A stretch of DNA of 64,000 nt from Lepidodermella squamata (GCA_047495785.1 JBLDXI010000029.1:2170001-2234000), one strand, 5' to 3'; positions 16,033 through 27,939 are shown, counted from the stretch's first letter. The notes: generated from the letters alone by a model not told the origin. Numbers and translations: made by a program.

Positions 16033-18686
16033 ATGGCGAGCGTTAAATTTGATGATGACGGGGAGCCATCATTGGATTCCGGCGCAAGCAGTCGCCGCTC
16101 CTCAGTTTATTCGTCATCTCTCAGCCTCAAATTGCGAAAATTTCGATTATCGATGAAATTTCTATCGGTTCTACGTGGCAATTGTGATGTGGCTTTGGTA
16201 CTCAGTGAAAACATTGACGAGGTAGAGGCACGTAAACTGGCCAACGTCCTCCTAGAGCGGAAACGCGGGTTGGAAATCCGTATTCTGAATCTCACGAAAT
16301 GCAAAGCTTTCAGCATCACTGCAACAACAAAATCGTAAATTCAAGTCTTGGAAATTCAACTTTGTTATCATATACTTACACATCTCATTAGATTGTTGGA
16401 ATGGGCTGATGAATTCCGATTAGCGAAAAGAGAGCGAGAAACAGGTCATTTGAGGACATTTGTATTGGACCAATTCGAGTTGTTTGAGCTCAGCGAGGTA
16501 CCCGATCAGTTTTTCACGCAAACCGAGCGACAACTCCTGATAAAAATGGCCATTGAAACCATTCGAGCCTTGTCTATCGTTGAATTTCACGCAGATGCGC
16601 AAATCAGCAAAGGAAGACCAATAGGTCGGCGAATTCGCCTCTCGCTGTGAGTGCCTTGAATTTTTGTGTCCTTTCAGTTGCCCACCTTCAACTTGCCGGA
16701 GTTGTGACCAGCTTCTTTCCTTTGCACGCTCCACTTAACATTCTGGATCTGCGCAAACGATGGATACCCTCAGACCGGTTGAACATCAAGCAGCCATTAG
16801 GTGATGCGCTTTTTTATGTCGCCATGATATACTTATATTTCTGTCCGCCCGATAGATGACATATGCTCATACTTCGATTGTTCAATCGCCCTCTACTTCG
16901 CTTGGCTTGAATTCTACACTAGATGGCTATTCCCACCAGCTTTGTTCGGCATCTTGCTATGGACCTTCGAACCAACATTCTTGGACCCAAACATTGAATC
17001 TCGACGTGAAAATATGCCAAATGTCACTATCGTCACTTGCCTCATTCTGTTCAACACAATTTGGTTCGCGCTTTTCCGCAAATTTTGGCAGCGAAAGAAC
17101 AGCGAATTAGCTTTTCGGTGGGGTGCCATCGACCATCGTGAGACCAGTGAAAAATATTTCATCGAACCTAGGCCTTTATTCTCAGTAATTTTTTGAAAGC
17201 TTCTTGCCCAAGTTTCAATAACTCTATTTTTCAGGGGAGTCCTGATACAAATCCTGTCACAGGAAAGCCGACCCTCTACTGGCCTGATTGGAAGCGAAAT
17301 TTTATTTTCTACTTCGTATCGGTGCCAATAATTGTCGTCTGCATTTGTCTGATGATGCTAGCATCTATGATTTGCCTTCGTCTGGAAAAGTACGTCGAGA
17401 AGCATGCTAGCAATTTTACTTTTCCCTTCGATTACATTGTCGGCGCACTGCCTTTGGTATTCTTTGTATTCATCCTCAACTACTTCGACAACGCTTTCAT
17501 GACTGTAGCCTTAAAACTCAACGATATGGGTATGTTATCCTAAATGACTGATCCAGTATCCAATACTTGCTAAAATCATTACGTCAGAAAATCATTATTC
17601 GCAAATCGATTATGTTAAACAGCTTCAAGGAAAGCTTATTGTGGTAAGGATCTTCGCAGCTCAGTGTTATTTCCATTATTGTCAACTATTACAGTTTCGG
17701 TTTCTCAACGGCTTTCTACCGCTATTTTATACGGCTTTTTACAATCGAGACTTTAAAGATTTGCAAGAACAAGTAGCAGCTTTGGTTATGCTGCGTCAAG
17801 TTGCCAGTAATGCAACTGAAGTTTTATGGCCCTACCTTATGGCTAAATATCAGCAGCTATCGATCAAAAACTCGAAGAACAAGGCCGAATCTTCAGAGAA
17901 TGAAGATGAGAGTAGCGAATTGAGGTCACACGTCAAAGATAGTAAGATTATTTCTCGATATCCCTGCTAGGTATGTTTCCTTCATTACTACAGCTCTCGG
18001 TGCATTTTTGCATCGCCGAACTCGTCGGAAGAGTTCACTGCGTAATATGGTGGCTACTGTCAAGCAGAACGCGACCGTTGCCAGCCAAATTGAGAATGAA
18101 GCTGTCATGCAAGAGGTAAGAAGAGGATCTAAGCCCACAGATAAAGATTAAGATGGATTTGTATTTTTTTTCATAGTTCGATGACTGCTTTGAGGATTAC
18201 CTGGAAATGTTCTGCCAGCTTGGCTACATCATGATGTTCGCTGCCGCATTTCCACCTGTTGCTTTCTGGTGTCTGGTCAACAACTTGGTCGAAATTAAGA
18301 CCGACGCCCTCAAAATGTGTTCGGTCTACCAGCGCCCCTTCGCCCGAGAACGGGTGCGAGACATTGGCATCTGGAAACCTGCCTTCGAAATGTTGGCAAT
18401 CGCTTCAGTTGTCGTCAACGTAGCTCTTATCGCCAATTTCGACATCATTAATGGATTCTTCCCAACGGAAATGCTGGACAAACATCACGCAGCCCTTATT
18501 GCGGTTATCGTCGCCGAGCATGCGATATTCGCTTTGATGGCGTTTGCCAATCGGGTTTTGGATGACGTCCCGGCTAGTATTCAAATTGAAATCGCGAAAA
18601 GGGAGTACGCTCTTTTAACCGCAGCTTCGAAAGCGTTAGCCGAAACGCAACATTCAAGTGGAAGCGAGCAATTAATCGCAGAGTAA
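16033..18686 (+). CDS. ANO8: Anoctamin/TMEM16, most similar to the ANO8 subfamily
   Basis: FTQTERQLLI, FFPLH, YFAWLEFYT, WQRKNSELAFRWG, EPRPLF, NPVTGK, FYTAFY..DLQEQVAALVMLRQV..EVLWPYL, FEDYLEMFCQLGY..AFP..NNLVEIKTDALKMC..QRPF..IGIW. ANO8 versus ANO10 was judged by eye. Confidence 0.88.
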
Positions 18687-19587
18687 CACCTATAAACCTA
18701 AACTATTGCTTAACACATAAAGCGCTCTCATATTAAACGAAGATTTCGAAAGATAAATTTGAAATGATAATTCTGTTCTTGCAATTAGGAGCTTCATTTC
18801 CTTGTAACGTTATAGGGCCGCAGGAAATTTTAGATTTTTCCATACGAAACGGGAGTTATAATCAGACAGTAAGACTTCAAATACAACGTACGGAAATGAA
18901 TTGTCAGACACACTCATGATTAGCATATAGCATATAGGAAGCATTTTGAGGCCTTTAACTTGAGAAAATTTCTGAAAATTGGCGAGGAACGCTAGGGGCT
19001 CAACGGAAGTTCCCAGTAGGTTTAGCTTCAGGCAATTATTCAATTAAACCTTCTACCAAAGTTGTACGCGATTAAAAATGGTTACGCATTTTATTCCAAG
19101 AGTCATTGCAACGCCATGACACACTGCATTTAGTACCAGTGACATGTAAGAGTTCAATACGTAGGAGGACACGGATAGCATTGACTTCGCCATTAATGCT
19201 TATACGAGCTCGACAGGAAACGCGAATCGTGTCCAGTCGTTTCGCCGTGGCTCTATTAGGACATATTGTACACGAAAGAACAAACGCGGGTAGACGTTAA
19301 AAAATCGAAGGCTCGGTATTTCGCATTCCAGGTGTATCGAATATAACAGACAAAGATGTTCCTTTTTCGCTCACTCATGCACTGCATAGAGAATTTTACT
19401 CTGTATTGACTCATGCTTCCCACTGAGATCAATTTCGCGTACATACAAAAATATGACACCCATCCCAACATGATAAAAGCTTCCGTGACGATCTTGGCCC
19501 TGAAGATACACAATTTGCAGACATTAGGTGATCAATTTTTATGACAGGTGGGTAACGATTAGCATCAGCCTAGTAGTTACAGTAACA

Positions 19588-21906
19588 ATGAAAAGCGCAT
19601 ACCTGACATACTTGGTTCTTTTGACGATACAGCATGTCTATGCAGCAGAAAGATTAACCATTATAGCACTGATACCGCCAAGTTCAGATTCCGGAGGAGC
19701 CAATGTCTGCCAACATTCGATGGAGGTAGCTATTGACTATGTAAATAGAGGCCACGCGAAAATCCTCTCAAATTACTCGCTAGAAGTCGCCTACCTCGAC
19801 GAAGGCGCTCTCTCAAGTGATGCGCCATTGAACTTTGTCAAGTTCATCTCAGGATACAATGCTGAATCTGGCACGTTTCTCGCACCGGTTGTAGTCGGAC
19901 CATACTATGCTTGCAATACTGTTTCGTCAATCATTCGCAGCTTCAACATGGTACAATTCGCAACTTGGTGTGGAAGTTCTATGTTTACAGGAAATCGCTT
20001 GAAGTTCCCTAACTTGTACCGACGCGTTACTCCACAGGAGAATTATTTCGTCCCATTTTTATACCTCGCTAAAATGATTGCGAAATGGAATCAAGTGGGT
20101 ATAACTTATTCGCCGGACAATTTGTCAGAATCCTTGGCGGCAAAATTATTCTTGCAGACTTTTGAAACCGAATCAAGAGCCGTTGTATGGATTTCTCCGT
20201 TTCTACCACTGCAAGCCGATGACGTTCTTGTATCCCTGAGAAAAAGTGATGCGAGGATCATTTTTCTCGGATTTTTCGAAAACTTTCAACTAATTCAATT
20301 TCTCTGCGCGGCTCATCGGAGGGGTGTTAGTGGTGATCGATACCACTTTGTAACGTATACAACCGCTTTTTCTGACCCCGGAACTTTGAATCTCACAATG
20401 CAGGAAAATTGCAGTAACGAGGTGGTGGATGAAATGTTCAGTCGAACGACATTCATCGGGAACTTTGAAGGTCTAGCATCTCCGACCAATAAAAACTCCT
20501 CGATAGGATATGATATTGCTGAGTTCGATCGGCGATTGGACCGATTGCTGAACCACTCTAAGCCGCCAGAATATCCGAAAAGGTACGTATGCCACGATGC
20601 AATGCTACACGCACTGACATCGCTTCACCAAGCTGAAATTCGATTGGCCAGGGAAAATTTGACCCTGAAAAACTTCTCAACCCATCCGAGGCAAGTTATG
20701 ACAGCCGTTAACCAATCTGCCGCCGCAGCTGATTATGAGGGTCTTCAATTCCGACTAAAATACTCCAGGGACCGATTAGAATCTGATGGGAGGTTTCAGG
20801 GCATCGGGCAGTATTTCACCGAAGACCGAAAGTTACATCTTATCTGGCGTTTGTGGCACAACGGCGAAACTAGCGCAACCGTTTACAACCTCAGTTATTA
20901 CGACATTGTTCAGTATCTGGAACCAAGTTGGAAAACGAAAAACGGGGATATGCCAAAAGATCTTTCAATTGTCAAGCATTTCACGAAAATTGTTCCATTA
21001 GCCGTATTTTGGGCTGTCGTTTTTCTCGCATTTACAGCATCGATTCATTACGTGCTATTGATGATTAAGCTGGAGATAGTCAGAAGAAAGCACTTTCCCC
21101 TATTTATCGCTGCATTTTTGGAAAACTGCGCTGCAATTACGTTCGTGTCCCCTGCCTCCGCGATCATTTGCGTCTTACAGGCCTTCCTTGCTGCCATGGG
21201 GGTGGCCTTTACTTCAATCTTCCTCCTCGCGAAGTTGATCTCCATTTACATAGCCGCGAAAAGGTTCGCCGCTAAAAGATATCGACCACATTCGAATAAA
21301 GTGGGCAAAGCGAATAAAGGCAAGAAGATTAGTTCTGCATTGAACGCCGCGAAACCTGAACCTCGGACGAAAAAGCTGTTGCGCCACGCCTACCCGATTG
21401 TCGCGACAACTCTAACCGTAGCAAATACTGTTATTGTGACATCATGGCTGGCGAGTTTGGATTTCACGCATCCGTTTACTGTTGTTAGCAATCATCTGTA
21501 TGACCAAGAAGAGGACAAATATTACGATTTATCCTTTGAAATATGCGCGGAGAACTATTTGTCCCCGAAATCAATCGCTTATCTACATCTTTTAATTCAA
21601 ATTGGCTGCGCCTATGTCACTTTCAGGTTCTACACTATGAGTCAAATACCTTTGGAAATTGCCGAAGAGGTGAAAATGCTGCAAATAGCTAGTGTGAATT
21701 GTTTGGTCATTTTCGTTCTGGTCTTGATTGCTGTAAATGTCCCATTTCCAATACTTCAAAAGCAGGAGATCAGAGCGTTTGGCCTGTTGATCCACGGTAA
21801 TTCATGCGTTGCGGTTATCACAGTTATTTTCAGCAAAATTAGATGTTTCAAGAGGCGGACTCTACCTTCAATAAGTAGCTTCAATCTTAATCGAATATCC
21901 CCTTGA
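19588..21906 (+). CDS. Intronless divergent class C GPCR (GABA-B-like: Venus flytrap + 7TM, no Cys-rich domain)
   Basis: Signal peptide MKSAYLTYLVLLTIQHVYA; AIDYVN..ILSNYSLEV..DE; KFPNLYR; WNQVGI; SDARIIF; FLCAAHRRGVSGDRY; seven hydrophobic segments with Cys at TM3 and ECL2. Confidence 0.85.
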   Translation: MKSAYLTYLVLLTIQHVYAAERLTIIALIPPSSDSGGANVCQHSMEVAIDYVNRGHAKILSNYSLEVAYLDEGALSSDAPLNFVKFISGYNAESGTFLAPVVVGPYYACNTVSSIIRSFNMVQFATWCGSSMFTGNRLKFPNLYRRVTPQENYFVPFLYLAKMIAKWNQVGITYSPDNLSESLAAKLFLQTFETESRAVVWISPFLPLQADDVLVSLRKSDARIIFLGFFENFQLIQFLCAAHRRGVSGDRYHFVTYTTAFSDPGTLNLTMQENCSNEVVDEMFSRTTFIGNFEGLASPTNKNSSIGYDIAEFDRRLDRLLNHSKPPEYPKRYVCHDAMLHALTSLHQAEIRLARENLTLKNFSTHPRQVMTAVNQSAAAADYEGLQFRLKYSRDRLESDGRFQGIGQYFTEDRKLHLIWRLWHNGETSATVYNLSYYDIVQYLEPSWKTKNGDMPKDLSIVKHFTKIVPLAVFWAVVFLAFTASIHYVLLMIKLEIVRRKHFPLFIAAFLENCAAITFVSPASAIICVLQAFLAAMGVAFTSIFLLAKLISIYIAAKRFAAKRYRPHSNKVGKANKGKKISSALNAAKPEPRTKKLLRHAYPIVATTLTVANTVIVTSWLASLDFTHPFTVVSNHLYDQEEDKYYDLSFEICAENYLSPKSIAYLHLLIQIGCAYVTFRFYTMSQIPLEIAEEVKMLQIASVNCLVIFVLVLIAVNVPFPILQKQEIRAFGLLIHGNSCVAVITVIFSKIRCFKRRTLPSISSFNLNRISP

Positions 21907-22127
21907 TAAATTTTATGACATTGTCTGTTAGTTTCAGACCACCTTCACGTTGTTCCATTGAATCTTGTTCCATTGAATCTACAAAAAGTATGATTCTGAT
22001 GAGAAAGCCGCGTTTTGCTAATACATAATTAGATCCATAGATCGATCTATATAGATAAAGAATTTGTACAACCTTATTCCCTCCATTTTACTATGCATCC
22101 TGCTGACTTAGCGATGGTTCTTTTATT

Positions 22128-24335
22128 TCATGATTGGTTCATTTTTGGCATCACCATGGGAATAAAGTTTGCTGCTGCAATAGTAATAAGAATAACTAAT
22201 GATAGTATTATGTCATAGCTAAAGCTAGGCGCCAAAATGTACCCGATAGCCACAGCAGCCGTGAAAAGAGTAGATGTCAGTAAACCGGAAAGTTTCGCAG
22301 CTTTCATCTCTGCGTACATTTCCGAAAACCGCTGATTGGTGCGCATTTTCAGGATGCAAAAAATAATCAAAACAAAAACAAGCGAATGAATTGTTAACAA
22401 TGCACCAAGCCATTTACCTGTCCATTTCGATAAGCATACTGTCATTTCTTCATAAACGTAAGTATCCAAGTTAGGGACGTACTCCCCTGGTATCTTCGAT
22501 GAAGTATGCGCATAAATGGGATCAATGTTCAGCCATATTAAAACGGCTAAGAAACTCGCAGTGGCAAAAGCCGACGCGCTTAAAATATCTAGCTTGATGT
22601 TGACTTGAAACGGCACTAAAACGGGTCTCCTATTCGAGAAACCGTTCCGTTGAACTCGACGGCTTTTAGAGCTTAACTTGTCTAAGAATAATTTCATTTG
22701 TGATAATCTCGATAGGATGCCTCCTGAAAGAAATGAAACCCCCAGAGCGGTAGTAATGATTGTTAAAGAGCAAACCAATTGCGTTCGCATTCTAGCTTCG
22801 GCAGAAATTAAAACTGCTGATGAAGAAAGAAATAAACAGCTGAAGAGCTGATTGAAATAACGCCAGTCGACGGAAATTCGCTCTTTCTTTTTGATGATAA
22901 TGACCTTCATAATAAGAAGAATTTCACAACCTGCGATAACAGCAACGATGATAAACCATGGAAGGGGTACCTGGTGTGTTATCCGGCTTGAGCCTGGAGA
23001 GTCGGCCGGTAGATCTTTCCAACTAATAGGATGCAACCCGACGAAACTAAAAGCTCCCGGATCTGTTACATTCGAAGTATTCTGCTGGAGAGATGAGCGA
23101 TATCTGACTAGTAAGCCTTTACCCCGTTGCCAAGTCATGATCACCTGAGCCTCGTAATCCCACTCTAGCCGCTTTGAGTAGTGGAAATTTCCGTATCTCA
23201 GTCCTGTGAAGTTGACACGACTTGTCGATGAATTCGCAATTTTCATAACAAGTTCAGGATATTTCGCATAGTCGCGAATGGTCAAGTTCATGAGCTTTAG
23301 TTGTCTTTCAGTTTCGTTAAGGACGATGAGGCTCTCAAGGGCAGAGTCGTAGCAGGCAAGCCGAAACTGATCCCCATCACGAGCGACGGTTCCAGACCGT
23401 TGGAGTAGCATATGTTTGAAAGATGTCACATTATTCCCGAGCTCATCGTTGCCTGACGGTGTCATAGGAACTGTTTCAGCTGCTCCGATTATCAGTAGAG
23501 ACTGGAGTTGCTCAAGGTAGATACTTTGGTTACATCCTGGTGGGTACAATTGATTTGGGGTGGGTTCTAGAAAGGTAATCGTTGAGACAATGAACATGTA
23601 CCTCGACCCGCTAAGTCCGTTCCTATGAGCAATGCAAAGAAAGGCAAGAGTCTGCTTTCCATCAGCGCCTTCAAAGGTAAATATCCGAATATCATCCCGT
23701 TTGAAGGATATCATCATCTCATCAGAAATATCGATGAACGCTTCAAATCTTTGAACCTTAATTCCAGCTTCTACGGCAATTTCGTGGAAGAAAATCCCGG
23801 TTTCCACTGAGAAACTGTATGCTAAAGCCACGACAATTGCAAGTTTCCGCCAGGGAGTGAATCTTTTGATGAAATGAAGGCGAACTATCAGCCCGAGTTC
23901 AGCTGGACCGCGGACGCGGTACATATTCGGATACAAATTTCGCCTAGCCGTCTGAGCTGGGGCTGTGCAAGATCCTGCGATCATCACCATGTTCATATGA
24001 TGAGCGATGGAACCCCAGGCCTTACAACTGGACGCTGCAATTGTTCCGGCAGTAACCGGCGCAATGAAGCTGCCGTTTTGTCCTGATGGTAGATTTTCTC
24101 GAAGAAAATTCACGCCAGCCGCGGCAGCCCTGGCGGTGAGAGGTTCTTCTTCGCGTATGTCGAACTCCACTCTGTAACCAGGCAGTAGGTTTTGTGAGTT
24201 GGCCATTTCGCCGACTAATTTGAATGCCAGGTGGCATCTTTCAAAAGTCGGAGGAAGTTGCGTCAAAATTACCAGACGGTCATGGTATGCAGTCGCAGCG
24301 ACTTCGAAAACGATCAGAAGTAAGAGGCTTTTCAT
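22128..24335 (-). CDS. Intronless divergent class C GPCR (GABA-B-like), convergent paralogue
   Basis: Signal peptide MKSLLLLIVFEVAATA; LLPGYRVEF; YPNMYRV; WRKLAIV; DIRIF; FLCIAHRNGLSGSRYMFI; CYDS; seven TM segments; very short C-tail. Confidence 0.85.
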   Translation of the reverse strand: MKSLLLLIVFEVAATAYHDRLVILTQLPPTFERCHLAFKLVGEMANSQNLLPGYRVEFDIREEEPLTARAAAAGVNFLRENLPSGQNGSFIAPVTAGTIAASSCKAWGSIAHHMNMVMIAGSCTAPAQTARRNLYPNMYRVRGPAELGLIVRLHFIKRFTPWRKLAIVVALAYSFSVETGIFFHEIAVEAGIKVQRFEAFIDISDEMMISFKRDDIRIFTFEGADGKQTLAFLCIAHRNGLSGSRYMFIVSTITFLEPTPNQLYPPGCNQSIYLEQLQSLLIIGAAETVPMTPSGNDELGNNVTSFKHMLLQRSGTVARDGDQFRLACYDSALESLIVLNETERQLKLMNLTIRDYAKYPELVMKIANSSTSRVNFTGLRYGNFHYSKRLEWDYEAQVIMTWQRGKGLLVRYRSSLQQNTSNVTDPGAFSFVGLHPISWKDLPADSPGSSRITHQVPLPWFIIVAVIAGCEILLIMKVIIIKKKERISVDWRYFNQLFSCLFLSSSAVLISAEARMRTQLVCSLTIITTALGVSFLSGGILSRLSQMKLFLDKLSSKSRRVQRNGFSNRRPVLVPFQVNIKLDILSASAFATASFLAVLIWLNIDPIYAHTSSKIPGEYVPNLDTYVYEEMTVCLSKWTGKWLGALLTIHSLVFVLIIFCILKMRTNQRFSEMYAEMKAAKLSGLLTSTLFTAAVAIGYILAPSFSYDIILSLVILITIAAANFIPMVMPKMNQS

Positions 24336-24788
24336 ATATAATATAGCTGCAACGTTTATAATGTAATGCATCATGTAATCATGTAGGGCAGAAAGGAGAG
24401 TCGGCAGCAAAACAAGGAATAGTAACTAGTAAGAATGATTAATGATTAGCAAGATTAACAGCGATCGAAGCTGTTGCAATTTGGAAGCCTGCAAAACTAG
24501 CACACCGGTTGGGAAATTAAAGATTACGCCGTCACCTCGCTAATGTGACGTGCTCTCAGCCTCTATTCGAGGCTAATAATTCTCATTTCGACAATGCGGG
24601 GTTGATGCAGTGAATGGGATGCCTGACTTCATTCTGGAAAAACAAGAGTCAGCGATTTTAATTGGCTTCAAAGGTGCGATGAAAATCAAGCTCCGCCTCC
24701 AGTCCTGATCACCGAATTCTTCAGTTAATTATTCATTGTGAACTTCTTGTTCAAGTCCGCATTGTAGAAACCATATCCTGACATATGT

Positions 24789-25052
24789 CGACTGCATATC
24801 CTGACCGTGTGGTAATATTGACGCAACTTCCTCCGACTTTTGAAAGATGCAGTCAAATTAGTCGGTGAAATGGCCAACTCACAAAATGCGTTCGTACTCT
24901 AGCTTCAGCAGATGTTAAAGCTGCCGAGGAAGCAAGAAACAAGCAGCTGGAGAGCTGGTCGCAAAAGTCAACGGTAAGTAGCTCTTTAATTTTGATGACA
25001 ATGACCTTCGTAGACAGAAGAATTTTACAACCTGCAATAACAGTCGTGATGA
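24789..25052. pseudogene. Scrambled remnants of the 22128-24335 receptor: 5' fragment inverted (+) and fused to a TM1-TM2 fragment (-)
   Basis: 24789-24886 is the reverse complement of ~24190-24301 (gtaatattgacgcaacttcctccgacttttgaaagatgc...gaaatggccaactcacaaaa, with a small deletion). 24887-25052 directly matches ~22780-22951 (IAGC.ILL..KVI.IK..SCLFL.SSA.L.SAEAR.RT). Confidence 0.8.
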
Positions 25053-25644
25053 GCAAACGGATTTTCGTGGTGTTCCGTGATCAAGGGTACCTTTCACTTT
25101 CACTTTCAACTTCAGATCCCAAGAGCAAGTCCCAAAAAGGTTGCGGCGAGTAGTCTTCGAAAATGAGACCGGTTTTATTGCCGCTGATGTATGAATCTGA
25201 CTCGTAAGTAGTACCGACCACGAGGTTTTAATGCACTGTGGCGTTTGCACTTTTGTTTTCTGTACTCCCTCGTCTGATAGGTAGCTGATCGTATTGGATG
25301 TCAGAAGCAGTACTGGTTGTACTTGGGCCTTGAATGATGAACGATGAACAATAATTGCCAAGATTATTAGCTATATGTTAAGGTGGAGACATTTCTCGGT
25401 TATCATGCAAGGTTAACGCTGTTCGAGCAACATATATCCGTTAAAGTTTATTCTTAATTATTTAAACGTAACACGCGAAGCAGTGATTCCACAACAGAGT
25501 AATAAATATATCAAATTACCCGAATAATACATTTGCAAGCGTTCTATGTTCAACAGATGCCAGCTAGCTCAACGTTTTTAATTGCAAACCATCCAGTAAT
25601 ACTTACGTAAATTTCCAAAAGCAGTTCCTGCGTAGAGGACTGCC

Positions 25645-26005
25645 TTAAACCCTTATGGAAATTGACTTGGGGGCTCCGCGGCCTTCGCCACTGGGCTTGC
25701 TGGGAATCGTGTTTGCAACCTTCCCAGTCGAGTCAGGCAAAACCACTTTAATTGGCTTCTTCTGGTGATGCGCCGGACGTGCGCCGCGGGGCCTCGCAAA
25801 ATGATGTGGCATACCCCCGCCACTACTTGAAAATGATGCAGGCACATTCCGCTGAATAATTGAAGCATGTTTAATAGCGTGGCTTTCCTCTGCCAGGAAA
25901 ATACAGGCGACAACGCCAACCTTTTTCAAGATATTATTAAAAAATTTAGCTTTCCAAAACGAAGGAATAACTTACGAATAGCGCTGGAGCAACAAAACGG
26001 AGCAT
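25645..26005 (-). CDS. Small secreted cationic Pro/Gly/His/Arg/Lys-rich protein (101 aa, 2 exons)
   Basis: Exon 1 26005-25976 (MLRFVAPALF), 55-nt intron GTAAGT...AAAAG (25975-25921), exon 2 VGVVACIFLAEESHA/IKHASII...SISIRV-stop. Splicing completes a classical signal peptide ending S-H-A. Confidence 0.65.
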
Positions 26006-26864
26006 TATCTACTGAGGATGAGAAAGAAAGTGTGAATTTCAACAAAGAATAATTGAGAAATGACGGTTTATGCTGCTTACAATGCCTTTTTATACCCTAG
26101 TTAACCATGTGATCACGAAGTTGTCCTCACGCACCTGTTATTAAGACAAATAAACAGGCGATCGGTGTTTTTTCCTTGTCCAAAAGTGATGATTTTCGCT
26201 AAGATAAACATGAAAGAAAAATGGACGAAGAAAAATACGCCTACGATGACTTCACACGTATTTCTTCAAATTTAATCATTAATATCTAATAAAAATAAAA
26301 TATAATTTGTAATATGAATGGGGTTTTATTTATCAAATAAAAATTATAAATTTAGGGTGAGCGGGCCGTCACCTCCTGAGGTTTTTTAAGGTTTCTGCAG
26401 TGATGTCAGTTGCTCTCCTGTCTAGAGACAAATTTCCTAACCGCCCATTTTTCGCATGTGCATTATCCTCGGCGCCATCTTAGAACCAGCTCAATCTTAC
26501 TGGTACGCTAATTTTTCTTGAAACTATTTTGACGTGCCAAAGGTCGTATTTTTGGCGTTTGTGGACGTTTTTGAATTTTTAGCCATCTCCAGCAATTTTT
26601 TTCTCCCCTGGTCTGCCTGGTCTGTGCAGCCACGGCTTTTTTGTTAGCATTCCTCATCATATTTTCACCAAGTACCTTTCGTTTCTTCCTACTCTTACTC
26701 GATCGCTTTTATCGGTAAACTTCCTGTTAGGCGAATGGTCGCTGCTGCATCCTTCACCTTATTTTAAGAAACGTTCATTGCATTGTTCATATCTTCGCAT
26801 CAACTCTGTTTCATCTTGAACAACGGAGATCATGATTGCTGCCAACCTTTTATGTAATCAAGTC

Positions 26865-27835
26865 CCCAGACCGGCACGAAATAAGCTGAAATACGCTGAA
26901 ATAATTAAGCTGAAATAAGCTGGCAAATGATTTCAGCTTAACGTTTTTCCAGCATATTTCAGCTTAAATTTCCAGCGTATTTCAGCTTATAATTATATTT
27001 CAGCGTATTTCAGCTTATTATTTCAGCTCTTTTCAGACGAGAAAAACTTATTTCAGCTCATTTCAGCGCGTGGCGTCATGCTATTTCAGCGTATTTCAGC
27101 ACTTTTCCGTCCATTTTTCATTTTTCAAAATATCAAAATCTTCAAAGTCGATAATTTCCACTTCAAAGTCATTGATCACCATTCACATGATCAGACCGGT
27201 ATAGACAAAATTTCTGAAAAATCGAAATTTGAAATTGAAATTTCACCCACAACTGCAAAATTCGAACTATTTAAATGATTAGCAAGAATCAAACCTGAGA
27301 GGAACATTAAAATATAAAAGGTTACAAAATGGTGCTGTCATAAAAATAACTTACAAATTTCTTGATAATTTTTTATTGGATCGGGTCTTGAATTCAATGG
27401 CGAACTGACGAACAGTTGTATTTGCATATGCACACTTGTATTCTGAGGGTAATTTAGCTCTTTTCAGCATGCAATAGTTGCTAACTGAAAGCTGCCAAAC
27501 TGAATTCCCGATTATAATATAACATTATATTATGTTATATTATATAATTATATTATAATATGTTATATTATAATCGTATATCGTATATATGAAATATATA
27601 TAATATATTTCAGCTTGTCGATGTCGCCGCGTGCTCATTTCAGCGTATTTCAGCGCAGTGCGTAGATGGATTGCAAAAAAGCATGACTTGGCTAAAAATC
27701 TGCCGAAATGTGCGCAGCCCAGAAATCAGCTCCAGCGTATTTCAGTGGTGAAGAGGTCGCCATGCCTTATTTCAGCGTATTTCAGCTGATGAAATCAGTT
27801 CCAGCACATTTCAGCTTATTTCGTGCCGGTCTGGG
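26865..27835. mobile_element. Non-autonomous TIR DNA transposon (CMC/EnSpm-like) with subterminal ATTTCAGC repeat arrays
   Basis: Perfect 28-bp TIR CCCAGACCGGCACGAAATAAGCTGAAAT / ATTTCAGCTTATTTCGTGCCGGTCTGGG; 2-bp TSD TC (26863-64, 27836-37); more than 15 copies of ATTTCAGC or GCTGAAAT; internal TA-rich tract 27511-27608; no transposase ORF. The superfamily is inferred from the termini and TSD. Confidence 0.88.
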
Positions 27836-27939
27836 TCATTCTACAAATGCCCGGCATTTTCTGAAGATTGCAAGTTTGATCATGCTTGGTTAGTTGTTCA
27901 AAATGAAATTATAGAGAATTTAAAAAATTCAAATGGCAT

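Noticed and set aside
26880-27100. ATTTCAGC repeats as a CRISPR array
   Set aside because: Repeats are 8-10 bp, irregularly spaced, in both orientations and inside TIRs; eukaryotic context; no cas genes.
26350-27883. Third small secreted gene (MIKLAIF...LAAIMISVVQ) interrupted by the TIR element
   Set aside because: No GT donor where one is needed and several stops; at most a decayed remnant, so not called.
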